A stretch of 64,000 nt of DNA from Bacteroidia bacterium (GTDB lineage Bacteria > Bacteroidota > Bacteroidia > Bacteroidales > CAJPTX01), in contig CAJPTC010000001.1 in the NCBI GenBank assembly GCA_905373475.1, positions 163,998 through 227,997 of the forward strand. The letters run 5' to 3'. Both the position numbers and the translations under genes were made by a program. Under the pieces are notes generated by a model. That model was not told the origin of the DNA. It saw nothing but the letters and a program-made list of their open reading frames with translations, and did no database searches. Below are positions 1 through 9,449 of the stretch, one piece after another (positions within the stretch are counted from its first letter, which is position 1; each line of letters starts with the position of its first letter).

Positions 1-453
1 TATGACAGAGTATGGGCTGTGTTTGATAAGGATTCGTTCTTTTCCCAGAGATTTAATGAAGCTATTGCAAAGGCCTTGCAGGCTGGAATAGATTGTGCAT
101 GGAGCAATGAAGCTTTTGAACTATGGTTTCTATATCATTTCCAATATGTAGATACAGAGATGCATCGAACACAATATGCAGATGCCATTTCAAAGGCGGT
201 CAATAAATCGGGGAAATACAAAGGGAAAATACCCTACCAATATCAGAAAAATGCATCCGACAACTATCGTATTATGACGGAATGTGGTTCGCAGGAGGAT
301 GCTCTTAGGAATGCGGAGCGAGCTACTGCGAACTTCTCCGATGAGAATTATGCGGCACACAATCCGTGTACAATGGTATACAAGTTGGTAAGACAGCTTA
401 TAGGAAAGGATGAAGAGCTTTTGGAGGAGCTCAAAAAGAAAATAGACGAATAG
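1..453 (+). CDS. RloB-like protein, C-terminal part (5' end outside the window)
   Basis: Frame 1 is open from nt 1 (YDRVWAVFDKD...). WAVFDKD and AWSNEAFELWFLYHF match the RloB family pattern (vFDxD ... SNxxFExWxLLHF). The listed ORF 19..453 is only the part after an internal GTG. Confidence 0.7.
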   Translation, partial: YDRVWAVFDKDSFFSQRFNEAIAKALQAGIDCAWSNEAFELWFLYHFQYVDTEMHRTQYADAISKAVNKSGKYKGKIPYQYQKNASDNYRIMTECGSQEDALRNAERATANFSDENYAAHNPCTMVYKLVRQLIGKDEELLEELKKKIDE

Positions 454-522
454 AAGGTATAGGGCAAGGATAAGTATGAGTTGTGTTAAAAATGCATCCC
501 CTCTCCCTTGTCTAGTATATTT

Positions 523-1056
523 CTACCACGCACCTCGTAGCCACTCCCAAAGTAAGATGCCTGCAGCTGTTGCCACGTTGAGCGAATGCTTCGTGCCACA
601 TTGCGGAATTTCTACACAAAGATCTGCCGCGCTGGCTACCGACTGCGTTACCCCTTCTACTTCATTGCCTACTACAAGTACCCATTTCTCGGTTATATTA
701 CGTGCCACTTGGTGGAGCAGCACGCTCCCTTCACACTGTTCTAAAACGAGGATTTTGTAGCCCTGTGCGCGAAAATGCGTTAACGCTTCTTCGGCGGACG
801 CAAAATAGTGCCACGCAACGCTGTCTTCAGCCCCGAGGGCGGCATTGTGGAGTTCGCGATGCGGCGGGCAGCCTGTGATACCACACAGCGCCAAACTTTC
901 TATACCAAAAGCATCTGCCGTGCGGAACATTGCCCCCACATTCTGAAGGCTTCGCACGTTATCGAGCATCAGTACAACAGGGTGCTTGGCTTGCTGACGA
1001 AACGTATCAATATCTACCCGATTGAGTTCGGGCATGGAAAGCTTACGATGGCGCAT
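523..1056 (-). CDS. SpoU/TrmH-family RNA 2'-O-methyltransferase
   Basis: 177 aa with SPOUT knot motifs LVVGNEVEGV and IPQCGTKHSLNVATAAGILLWE. The plus-strand ORFs 476..760 and 808..1077 are antisense artefacts. Confidence 0.85.
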   Translation of the reverse strand: MRHRKLSMPELNRVDIDTFRQQAKHPVVLMLDNVRSLQNVGAMFRTADAFGIESLALCGITGCPPHRELHNAALGAEDSVAWHYFASAEEALTHFRAQGYKILVLEQCEGSVLLHQVARNITEKWVLVVGNEVEGVTQSVASAADLCVEIPQCGTKHSLNVATAAGILLWEWLRGAW

Positions 1057-1118
1057 AACTCTAGATCACTAACCTAATTTGCGTTACACAAATGCATACA
1101 AGAGCTAAAATTCTTCTC

Positions 1119-1763
1119 TTATTTACTGTAACCGACGGGGTTGTTCAGGAGCGGGAATTGGTTATCTACGAGTCCTAAAAGTTGTTCTATTGCATCATTA
1201 TCCATCGTGGCGCGTGTTACAGTAGATAGCCCATACGCAGCACAAAATAGATTGATGTTCTGACTAACAATTCCTGCATCTGCTGCCCCCATAAGGAAAG
1301 AACTATCTTCGATTTTATCGTACATATTTAAGTTTACTACTAACAGTAGCGTAACGGGAGCTGTCAGTACAAAATCTTGTCCTTTTGCTATCAGCTTACG
1401 ATGGTCGCCCTTAGTAACCGTTTTTAACGAATGCGTTTTGTGATCGTAAAGGCAAACGCGATCTGCGAAAAACGCATATACGCTCACTTCTTGTTTGTTG
1501 CGAGCAGTCGGATTTGTGCGCTTTCCGTTTTCAGCCCGATTTATACCGCATGCCGCCCAAAGGAGATTTGATAGATCCTGATCCGAGAGCTGTTTGTTCG
1601 CAAACGTACGTTCAGATTTCCTGTTCCACAGAGCTTCCATCAACGAACTACCACCTTTCTTATCGGGGGCTGGCAATTTTTTATCCTGCGCAGAACTCAC
1701 TAGAGTTGTAGAAATGATAGCCGTTAGAAGCAGTAGCACCTTTAGTTTTTTGATGATTCGCAT
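1119..1763 (-). CDS. Secreted nitroreductase-family protein
   Basis: N-terminal signal peptide (KKLKVLLLLTAIISTTLVSSAQ) followed by a nitroreductase-fold signature (RKSERTF, LSNLLWAACGINR, GAADAGIVSQNINL). Confidence 0.8.
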   Translation of the reverse strand: MRIIKKLKVLLLLTAIISTTLVSSAQDKKLPAPDKKGGSSLMEALWNRKSERTFANKQLSDQDLSNLLWAACGINRAENGKRTNPTARNKQEVSVYAFFADRVCLYDHKTHSLKTVTKGDHRKLIAKGQDFVLTAPVTLLLVVNLNMYDKIEDSSFLMGAADAGIVSQNINLFCAAYGLSTVTRATMDNDAIEQLLGLVDNQFPLLNNPVGYSK

Positions 1764-2013
1764 ACTTAGTAGTTTTATGATTTTTGGAAAAAAACGTAGT
1801 TTGCTCGAGCTTATTACACGAGGTTATAACAACGCATATTGATACAAAACAAAAATGTAAAGCATATAGAAGCTTGTGCTCTATTAAACAATAAGCAACA
1901 TTGACAGGCTTACAAAATAAGCACCTCAGAATGTGTACTTTTGTCACACAAACGAAGTAGCACAAAATCGCTACCACCTACGGTAAAATTTATTCTAATT
2001 CCTTCATACAAAA

Positions 2014-3045
2014 ATGGCGCAAGAAAATCTCCCGCTACTGGGTAGAAACTATGCCGAATTTCAGGCGTTGGTTGCTACAGAGCACTATCCGCGCTTTACG
2101 GCAAAACAGTTGTGCGACTGGTTGTACAAGAAACATGTCGCGACCTTCGATGCCATGACGAATCTCTCAAAAACCCTTCGTGCGGATCTCAACGAAAATT
2201 ATGCCTTAGGACGCTCAGCCCCGTTGGAGGTGCGAACCTCGCGCGATGGAACGCGTAAGTACCTTTTTGCGGCCAACGAGGGGCGTACTGTAGAAACAGC
2301 CATGATACCCGATGCAGACCGCCGAACGCTTTGCGTTTCTAGCCAAGTGGGGTGTAGGATGCATTGCCAGTTCTGTGCTACAGGGCAACAACCGTGGGGT
2401 GGCAACTTGTCGGCGGCGCAAATACTCAATCAGATACTGAGTGTGGACGAGTGCGATGAACTCTCCAACCTCGTTTTTATGGGCATGGGCGAACCCCTTG
2501 ATAATACAGACGAATTACTGCGCACGTTACAAGTACTCACGACCGAATGGGGGTTAGCGATGAGTCCGCGGCGCATTACGGTTTCAACAGTAGGGGTACG
2601 TAAAGGTTTAGAGCGCTTTTTGAAGGAGAGTGAGGCGCATCTTGCTGTTAGCTTACATACCCCATTTGAAGACGAACGCCGCGAGCTCATGCCCGCTAGT
2701 GGCGGACTCTCCCTAAAGGATCTTTTCGCGCTACTCCGCACAGTAAACTGGCGAGGGCAACGTAAACTCTCCTTCGAATACGTGGTATTAGCTGGTGTAA
2801 ACGATTCGGCGCGCCACGTAGAGGAGCTCATAAGAATTTTGCGCCCCATTCCCTGTTTGGTAAACCTGATAAGTTATCATCCGCATGACGGAGCTGAGTT
2901 TTCACGCCCAAAGGATATGGTGCTTGTGCGTATGCGCGATCGCCTGAACAATTCGGGAGTACATACCACTATTCGCGCTTCGCGGGGTATGGACATCGAT
3001 GCTGCTTGCGGCTTGCTTAGTACCACTTATGCGCAACGCTCTTAG
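2014..3045 (+). CDS. rlmN: 23S rRNA (adenine2503-C2)/tRNA methyltransferase RlmN, radical SAM
   Basis: CVSSQVGCRMHCQFCATG radical-SAM cluster motif, FMGMGEPLDN, C-terminal IRASRGMDIDAACGLL. 343 aa, the typical length. Confidence 0.95.
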   Translation: MAQENLPLLGRNYAEFQALVATEHYPRFTAKQLCDWLYKKHVATFDAMTNLSKTLRADLNENYALGRSAPLEVRTSRDGTRKYLFAANEGRTVETAMIPDADRRTLCVSSQVGCRMHCQFCATGQQPWGGNLSAAQILNQILSVDECDELSNLVFMGMGEPLDNTDELLRTLQVLTTEWGLAMSPRRITVSTVGVRKGLERFLKESEAHLAVSLHTPFEDERRELMPASGGLSLKDLFALLRTVNWRGQRKLSFEYVVLAGVNDSARHVEELIRILRPIPCLVNLISYHPHDGAEFSRPKDMVLVRMRDRLNNSGVHTTIRASRGMDIDAACGLLSTTYAQRS

Positions 3046-3468
3046 GGAGCTGTGTAGGGTGCGTATGTTTGCGTATCAGACGTAGCACTAATAAAAATGC
3101 CAGATCTTGACGAATACATCCGTAAGAAGAGCCTGACAAAAGGGAAAGAGGATCGCTTGTAGACCTTTGTCTATCTGAAAGATACAGCTTTATCTGCAAA
3201 GAGAATACATGAACAATTGTTCTATTTGTGGTCTTGGTTCTTTCGCGCAATGTGTGCAAAGAGATCGATATGAGCTTTTTAATTTTGTTCTTCAGGAACT
3301 TCCTATTGGGTGCATATAACGAGTTGGAAAATCGGGAGCTGATTGTAAATCCCTCGCTAGAATAACTAGGACAAGTAACCGACAAGCTTCCGACATGTTC
3401 TCCCTCCAACACGAGCATTGAGACAAGTAGCGACGGAACAACAACTTTATGTTGTGGGTATTGTTTTT

Positions 3469-4818
3469 TTACCGCGATGTCCATCCGTACTTCTTGCTGC
3501 GTTTCAAGCAGGTAAAAGCAATAATGCAAACAAGCACTGAGAAGACCGACCCCAAGGTGGGTGCGAACCCCATAGGGTAGAGCGTCGTGGGATACCAAAT
3601 AGACGCGATATATGAAATGGGGACTCGGATTAGTACGATCGATAGGAAGTTATGCCCAAAAGAGAGAATCGAGAGCCCCATGGCCGTAAAGAAGCCACTA
3701 AAACAGAAATGAACTCCTGCAAACACACAGTCCCACACAAAGCCTCGCAAATATTCTGACCCTGAGCTAATAACAGCCACGTCGCTCGTAAACAGCGCAA
3801 CGATATGCTGCGGGAAAAACTGCAAGGTGAGCGCCACGACAAGGCTGACCGAGGTGGAAATGAAAATGGAGTACCAGAGTGTAATGCGTGCCCGAAGCGG
3901 ACGCTCTGCGCCCAAATTTTGCGCTACGATGGTTGAAACACTTGCTAACATGGCGGAAGGTATGATGAAGAGGAGACCTATAAACTTCTCTACAATACCC
4001 ACAGCGGCAGAATCCGTCATACCTCGATGGTTGGCAATAATCATGATGGCTATAAAGGAAAGCTGAATAAAACCTTCTTGCAGTGAAATAGGAAGACCCA
4101 CTTTAAGCAGGCTGCCCAATACACTGCGCTTAAATCGCAAATCTATGAGTCGTAGTCGTGCGACAATTTGGTGTTTGCGAATTGACCACCAAGCGGCTAC
4201 AACACTCGCAAGCTGCGATGCCATTGTTCCTAAAGCAGCACCTGCTGCCCCTAAGTGCATGTAACCGATGAAGACAATATCTAAGATGATATTGGTTACA
4301 CAGGCAATGGCGATGAAGTAAAGAGGGCGTTTTGAGTCTCCGAGACCGCGATAGATAGAGGATATAACGTCGTAGCCCAATATGAACGGAATACCGATGA
4401 AGCAGAGGGTCAGATAGGTAATCGTTTCACCAACAGCCTCCGAGGGGACATCTAGCCAGCGGACGAGGTCGGTGCGTAGGAAGAGCAGTATTGCGGCTAA
4501 AACTACCGAGAGTACCAGAAAGAGAGAAATGGTATTCCCTATAATTTCTCCCGCCGAATTAAGTTTTTGCGAACCCACCGCGCGTGCTATAAGTACGGTA
4601 GTACCTACCGTGAGACCTAGTAGCACCACGGCGATCATATTCATAACCTGTGCTCCGTTAGAAACGGCAGTGATGGTGTCTACACCGCAGTACTGTCCGA
4701 TGATGAGCATGTCTGCCATCCCGTAAAGGATTTGCAAAAACATGGCAAGCATATACGGGAGTGCGAATGAAATGATGTTGCGTAGCGCATTCCCCCGTGT
4801 CAAATCTCTATTTTGCAT
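3469..4818 (-). CDS. MATE-family multidrug efflux transporter
   Basis: 449 aa, about 12 hydrophobic helices. The N-terminus (LTRGNALRNIISFALPYMLAMFLQILYGMADMLIIGQY) is typical of MATE/NorM proteins. Confidence 0.9.
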   Translation of the reverse strand: MQNRDLTRGNALRNIISFALPYMLAMFLQILYGMADMLIIGQYCGVDTITAVSNGAQVMNMIAVVLLGLTVGTTVLIARAVGSQKLNSAGEIIGNTISLFLVLSVVLAAILLFLRTDLVRWLDVPSEAVGETITYLTLCFIGIPFILGYDVISSIYRGLGDSKRPLYFIAIACVTNIILDIVFIGYMHLGAAGAALGTMASQLASVVAAWWSIRKHQIVARLRLIDLRFKRSVLGSLLKVGLPISLQEGFIQLSFIAIMIIANHRGMTDSAAVGIVEKFIGLLFIIPSAMLASVSTIVAQNLGAERPLRARITLWYSIFISTSVSLVVALTLQFFPQHIVALFTSDVAVISSGSEYLRGFVWDCVFAGVHFCFSGFFTAMGLSILSFGHNFLSIVLIRVPISYIASIWYPTTLYPMGFAPTLGSVFSVLVCIIAFTCLKRSKKYGWTSR

Positions 4819-5116
4819 CGCATTTTTCCTCCCCCAGATTCCTTACTTCGGTGTAAAGCAATGCGGAGAGAACCCCAGACAAGCACACAAAAATCGCGCC
4901 AATTTGTAGCATATACTCATTTAATACTCTGATAATCAAAATAATTATAAACGACACCTTCTAGTAGATTGGGGTCGTTTAACCTACGGGGGGAGCTCAC
5001 CGTATCTTTATGAGCAGTGTTACAACTATATGAGATGATCAAAAAATACGCAGGTATGGCAAGGATTAGAATGCGGCACTCGTGTGTTGTAATTGATTCA
5101 ACGCCCTATTTTGTAG

Positions 5117-5124
5117 TATTTTTG
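5117..5124 (+). promoter_or_regulatory. Candidate Bacteroidota -7 promoter box (TATTTTTG) for the 5148 gene
   Basis: Exact match to TAnnTTTG, 24 nt upstream of the GTG start at 5148. No clear -33 TTTG seen. Confidence 0.35.
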
Positions 5125-5147
5125 TGTAAAGAGGGGAACTGTGTGAG

Positions 5148-7835
5148 GTGAAACGCACTATAGTACTTGTGTGTATTGTAATTGCTAGTTTGGGAGGATT
5201 GCTCATCCTCTCTCCTTTGGTGCGTAATGCCGCCGTGCAGGAGAATGCGGCTGTTGCCACCATACCTACCGATGCCCTTCTGATAGCGCGCATAAATAGT
5301 TGGAACGAACTCCTTGAGCAGCAGCGCTCCCTAGATACGTTGTGGTCTATACTTGGTTCTTCGCTTCCAGGGCATCTGATGCAGCGTTTAGCGCGTGCTT
5401 TTGATTCGTTGCGCGTAGAGAATCCCGATTTTTTGGGTACGGTAGCACCTGGCGAGAGCGCCATGTCGTGGCACTCTATGGGGCAAAAGACGCTTTCTTC
5501 GCTTGCCGTAATTCAACTCACCAGCAACGTCGTAAAGCCAGAAGAGGTGATGGGGGCACTCTTCCCGCGTGCCATCCCGATAGCTTCGCAAGTATACGCA
5601 GGCACGAAGATCGTCTCCTTTACTTTCGATGAGAGGAGCAACGCACAGACTTGGCATGCCGCGAGTAAAGAGAATCTCTGTTACCTATCTACATCGCGCA
5701 TCCTCCTTGAGAATGCTTTACGTATGGCTTCGGCCGAACACAATTTGCTACATGAAGCGGCTTTTGCACGAGTGCTTCAATCGAGTAGCCGCAACGTGCC
5801 GTGGAATGCGTTTCTACAGCTCCCGCGCTATTCGCCCTACATGGCATCGCAGTTGAACGGTGTATGGAAGCGCTTAGTAGCCGAAACTGCCAAATGGTGT
5901 ACGTGGATTGGGCTTGATGTGTCGCAGGAGGGGCTTGCATTGTCGGTACAAGGCTTGTCGGCAGTAGAGCGAGAAAGTAAAAACTTGAGCAATAAGTATG
6001 CTGATGCGAAAAGCTCGGTAGTGAGTTCTCCAAGCGTTCTCCCCGAGACGTGTCCTGTCTTTCTGCGCTGGGGCGATCGGAATTCTGAACGTTTACACAC
6101 GCAGCTTTCCGCGCAATTGGGTACTTCTGCCGAATTGTCGCAAACGCTCATAGCACGCGCCGAGATACAGGAAGTAACTCTTGCTTGGGACGAGCAAAAT
6201 GGTTCTGGCAATTGGTTACTAGTCCTTGCGCCGCGCAGTACTAGCCATGCTTTTGGCACTTTGCGTTCGGAGCTAGACGGCTTTGAGGCGCACGAAAATT
6301 TGCACACCCTCCGAATTGATAAAGACGAAGAACTTACGATTGCTACATCAACGCATCCCGATTATTATCAGAAACATTTTGGTACGCCTTTCCCTAGCGA
6401 TGTGGGGAAGTATTATGCCGTAGTAGATCGGTACATTGTTTTTGCTAGTACTACGAACGCCCTAGAACGTGTAGCATTGGCGAAGTTGCGTGGTACTACC
6501 CTTGAGAATTCGCCTGCTTGGAAAGAGGTAAAGGAGCAGTTGCAGTCGCAATGCAATTTTATGTACTACAGCGTGCCCAATCAGCGGAAAGATTTTGCGA
6601 GTCTTTTTTTTTCAACACAGAATGCGCTAAAAAGTGGCAGAGGAGCACGGCTTGTGAATTCGTTAGCAGGGCTCGTAATTCAAGTAAGTGGGGCGGGTAA
6701 AATTCTTTTCTATAACGGAATTTTCCAGCAGAGCGAAGCCAAGCCGCACAGTTCAGTTTCTACAGGATGGGAAACGCGCCTAGATGCTTCGATAAAGGGG
6801 CGACCGCTCTTTGTTTCCAATCATAATACCAAGGCGCAAGAGGTGCTCTTGCAAGACGAAAACGGGAAACTGTACCTACTCAATGCAGAGGGGCGCATCT
6901 TATGGCGTGCGCAGCTGGAGGGAGAGATTTTGGGGTCGCCGAGGCAGGTAGATTTGTATCGTAACAACAAACTGCAATACGTTTTTTGCACCAAGAATAA
7001 ACTTTATGCAGTGGATAGAAATGGGAACATGGTCGACGGTTTTCCAGTCCGTCTGCCTGCAGAAACGTTTGCTCCGCTAGCAATATTCGATTACGAAGGA
7101 AAGCGCGACTATCGGTTCGTGGTCAGCTGTGCCAATCGGCGCATCTACATGTACGATCGGACAGGTAGGCGTGTGGAAGGCTTTGCCCCGCCACAAATGG
7201 AGACGAGCACTAATCATCCGCTGGTTTGGTTCTCTTCGCGCGATAAGGATTATATCGTTGCGTGCGATTCTAGCCGCCTCTATTTCCTCAATCGTAGAGG
7301 AGAAGAGCGCTTACGCACCAAGAGTAGTGTTTCTCGTGCTTATGGTGCTCCGCTGAGTGTAGAATTCGGTAATTCGCCTCGTATTGTAACCGTTAGTGAA
7401 GAGGGCGATTTGTGCGTAATCAGTGCCGCGGACGGCGATGTACGTCGTATAGCAATCCCCTCTTGGCGCAGCGCGAGTACTGGGATGCTTACAGACCTGA
7501 ATGGCGACGGTGTTCTTGAGCTCGTTTATACGCGCGGAAAGGAGTTAATCGCAGTAAATCAGCTTGGCAACATAGTCTATCGTACTACTTTTGATGGTGA
7601 GCTTGGCAACTGGCTTCAGACGTTCCGTTTTAGCGAGCAGGACGTGCGTGTAGGCATTTTCTCTCCTTCGTTGCAGCGTATATGGCTTGTTAACGCATCG
7701 GGCAATGTTTCTGCGGGATACCCACTTGAGGGCAATTCGCCTTTTAGCATAGGCGCTTTTGTAAGAGGACAAGGCGTTTTCAACCTCTTGGTTGGAAAGG
7801 GTAATGCGCTCAAAAATTACGAGGTGAAGCCTTAG
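5148..7835 (+). CDS. Conserved hypothetical membrane-anchored protein with C-terminal beta-propeller-like (PQQ/FG-GAP-like) repeats
   Basis: 895-aa uninterrupted ORF with an N-terminal TM anchor (IVLVCIVIASLGGLLILSPL). The C-terminal third has repeated LYxxDxxGxxxxGFP units and a DLNGDGVLE FG-GAP-like motif. It sits upstream of the uppS-bamA cluster. Confidence 0.6.
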   Translation: MKRTIVLVCIVIASLGGLLILSPLVRNAAVQENAAVATIPTDALLIARINSWNELLEQQRSLDTLWSILGSSLPGHLMQRLARAFDSLRVENPDFLGTVAPGESAMSWHSMGQKTLSSLAVIQLTSNVVKPEEVMGALFPRAIPIASQVYAGTKIVSFTFDERSNAQTWHAASKENLCYLSTSRILLENALRMASAEHNLLHEAAFARVLQSSSRNVPWNAFLQLPRYSPYMASQLNGVWKRLVAETAKWCTWIGLDVSQEGLALSVQGLSAVERESKNLSNKYADAKSSVVSSPSVLPETCPVFLRWGDRNSERLHTQLSAQLGTSAELSQTLIARAEIQEVTLAWDEQNGSGNWLLVLAPRSTSHAFGTLRSELDGFEAHENLHTLRIDKDEELTIATSTHPDYYQKHFGTPFPSDVGKYYAVVDRYIVFASTTNALERVALAKLRGTTLENSPAWKEVKEQLQSQCNFMYYSVPNQRKDFASLFFSTQNALKSGRGARLVNSLAGLVIQVSGAGKILFYNGIFQQSEAKPHSSVSTGWETRLDASIKGRPLFVSNHNTKAQEVLLQDENGKLYLLNAEGRILWRAQLEGEILGSPRQVDLYRNNKLQYVFCTKNKLYAVDRNGNMVDGFPVRLPAETFAPLAIFDYEGKRDYRFVVSCANRRIYMYDRTGRRVEGFAPPQMETSTNHPLVWFSSRDKDYIVACDSSRLYFLNRRGEERLRTKSSVSRAYGAPLSVEFGNSPRIVTVSEEGDLCVISAADGDVRRIAIPSWRSASTGMLTDLNGDGVLELVYTRGKELIAVNQLGNIVYRTTFDGELGNWLQTFRFSEQDVRVGIFSPSLQRIWLVNASGNVSAGYPLEGNSPFSIGAFVRGQGVFNLLVGKGNALKNYEVKP

Positions 7836-7955
7836 GGTATCTTCCCCCGATCTAGGTTGGTAGAGCCGAGTCGTATACCGTTTTGCAAGTTGACGAATTA
7901 TACTAAACCTAATGTGGTAGGCGTTAGGTTTGTGAATTACGTGAATCAGAAATCG

Positions 7956-8648
7956 ATGAAGTTGCGGGGCATAGTCCTCTTGGTGTTCTTGCTATGTGCT
8001 CTTTTCTCCTCTGCCCATGCTGAAAGGTGGAATTTGGGATGGGATCTCGGCGGTGGTGGCGGACTCACAGGGTATACGGGCGATCTCAACTTGTCTCCCA
8101 TGCCGCGTGAACTCGGTGTCAACTTGGGGCTTTTAGCACGATTTACTTTCAACAAGTACTACGCAGCGCGTCTGAATCTGTTCGGAGGGAATGTGAGTGG
8201 GCGTTATGATCCTTCGCGCTATGCACTACCCATTACGAACGGGAAAGGCATTGAAGAGTTCAATCGTTTTATGATCGGGTTTGATGCCAATGTGGAAATC
8301 AATTTCCTACCCTTTATTGTGAATATATTGGCGCAGAAGCGTTACAACGACGAATTCATTGCTCCGTATGCAACTTTCGGGCTTGGCGCATTGGCTGCGA
8401 GTGGTGGCGGTATGCACATCTATACACCCATGGGAGCGGGATTGAAGGTTGCCCTAGGAAATCGTTTAACGGTTGCAGGCGAGTTGCGTTTTCTGAAAAT
8501 GTATCGCGACGAGTTGGATGGTTACAAGAACGTCCCAACCGACGACGGAACATGGGGCATACACAATCAGGATTGGATTCCGATGCTCTCTGTAACCTGT
8601 TCGTATCGGATGTTTTTTAGTATCCAGCGCTGCGCCGCTTATAATTAG
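7956..8648 (+). CDS. Outer-membrane beta-barrel protein (DUF6089-like)
   Basis: I place the start at the internal ATG, which gives a signal peptide (MKLRGIVLLVFLLCALFSSAHA). Alternating beta-strand pattern. A small barrel protein immediately upstream of uppS is the usual Bacteroidota arrangement. Confidence 0.6.
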   Translation: MKLRGIVLLVFLLCALFSSAHAERWNLGWDLGGGGGLTGYTGDLNLSPMPRELGVNLGLLARFTFNKYYAARLNLFGGNVSGRYDPSRYALPITNGKGIEEFNRFMIGFDANVEINFLPFIVNILAQKRYNDEFIAPYATFGLGALAASGGGMHIYTPMGAGLKVALGNRLTVAGELRFLKMYRDELDGYKNVPTDDGTWGIHNQDWIPMLSVTCSYRMFFSIQRCAAYN

Positions 8649-8650
8649 CG

Positions 8651-9376
8651 ATGAGAGAGTCGGCTTCGCAAGCTTTACTTCCCACTCCACGCCACGTAGC
8701 CATCATAATGGATGGTAACGGACGTTGGGCCAAGGCGCGTGGAAAGGAGCGTACCTTCGGGCATCAGAATGGCAGAAAGCCCGTGCGTGAGGCCGTAGAG
8801 GCTGCTCTGGAGTTGGGCGTCGAGTATCTTACCCTGTATACTTTTAGTACCGAGAACTGGCGGCGTCCGCGTACAGAGGTGAAGATGCTGCTCGAGCTTC
8901 TTTCGAGTACACTGCAAGAGGAAATTGCGGAACTGATAGCGCAGGGCGTACGCTTCCATGTGATTGGCGATTTGGAGGGATTACCTGCTTTTCTGAGTAA
9001 GGGTTTGCGCAAAGCAATGGAAGACAGCGCACAGGGGTCAAAGTTGGTTCTTACCTTGGCGCTAAACTATGGGGGACGGCAGGAACTGTTGCATGCTTGT
9101 CGGTCGTTAGTGCATGAAGCAGAACAGGGCAATTTACGAGGAACGGAAGTAACGGAGGAAAGTATAGAGCAACACCTCTATACGAAAGGGATGCCAGACC
9201 CAGAACTCGTGATACGAACGAGCGGCGAACAGCGAATCAGTAACTTTTTGTTGTGGCAGATTGCGTACGCTGAGTTGCTTTTTCTACCCATTCTTTGGCC
9301 TGATTTCCGTAAAGACGATTTTTTTGCCGCGGTTTCCGATTATAAAAATCGAAAACGACGTTTCGGAGGCGTCTAA
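8651..9376 (+). CDS. uppS: Isoprenyl transferase (undecaprenyl-diphosphate synthase)
   Basis: HVAIIMDGNGRWA, LTLYTFSTENWRRP and IRTSGEQRISNFLLWQIAYAEL are cis-prenyltransferase signatures. Confidence 0.95.
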   Translation: MRESASQALLPTPRHVAIIMDGNGRWAKARGKERTFGHQNGRKPVREAVEAALELGVEYLTLYTFSTENWRRPRTEVKMLLELLSSTLQEEIAELIAQGVRFHVIGDLEGLPAFLSKGLRKAMEDSAQGSKLVLTLALNYGGRQELLHACRSLVHEAEQGNLRGTEVTEESIEQHLYTKGMPDPELVIRTSGEQRISNFLLWQIAYAELLFLPILWPDFRKDDFFAAVSDYKNRKRRFGGV

Positions 9377-9449
9377 CTAGCCTCTTTTTTGCAGTAAATG
9401 CAGTTCATATTAACTTTGGGCATTGTATATTTTAAGGGATAGCGGGAGT

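Noticed and set aside
3017-3598. 193-aa minus-strand ORF in the rlmN/MATE convergent gap.
   Set aside because: Its 5' third overlaps the 3' end of the well-supported MATE gene in another frame. The product has no motifs and an odd composition. The 420-bp gap (3046-3468) is left as unexplained non-coding DNA.
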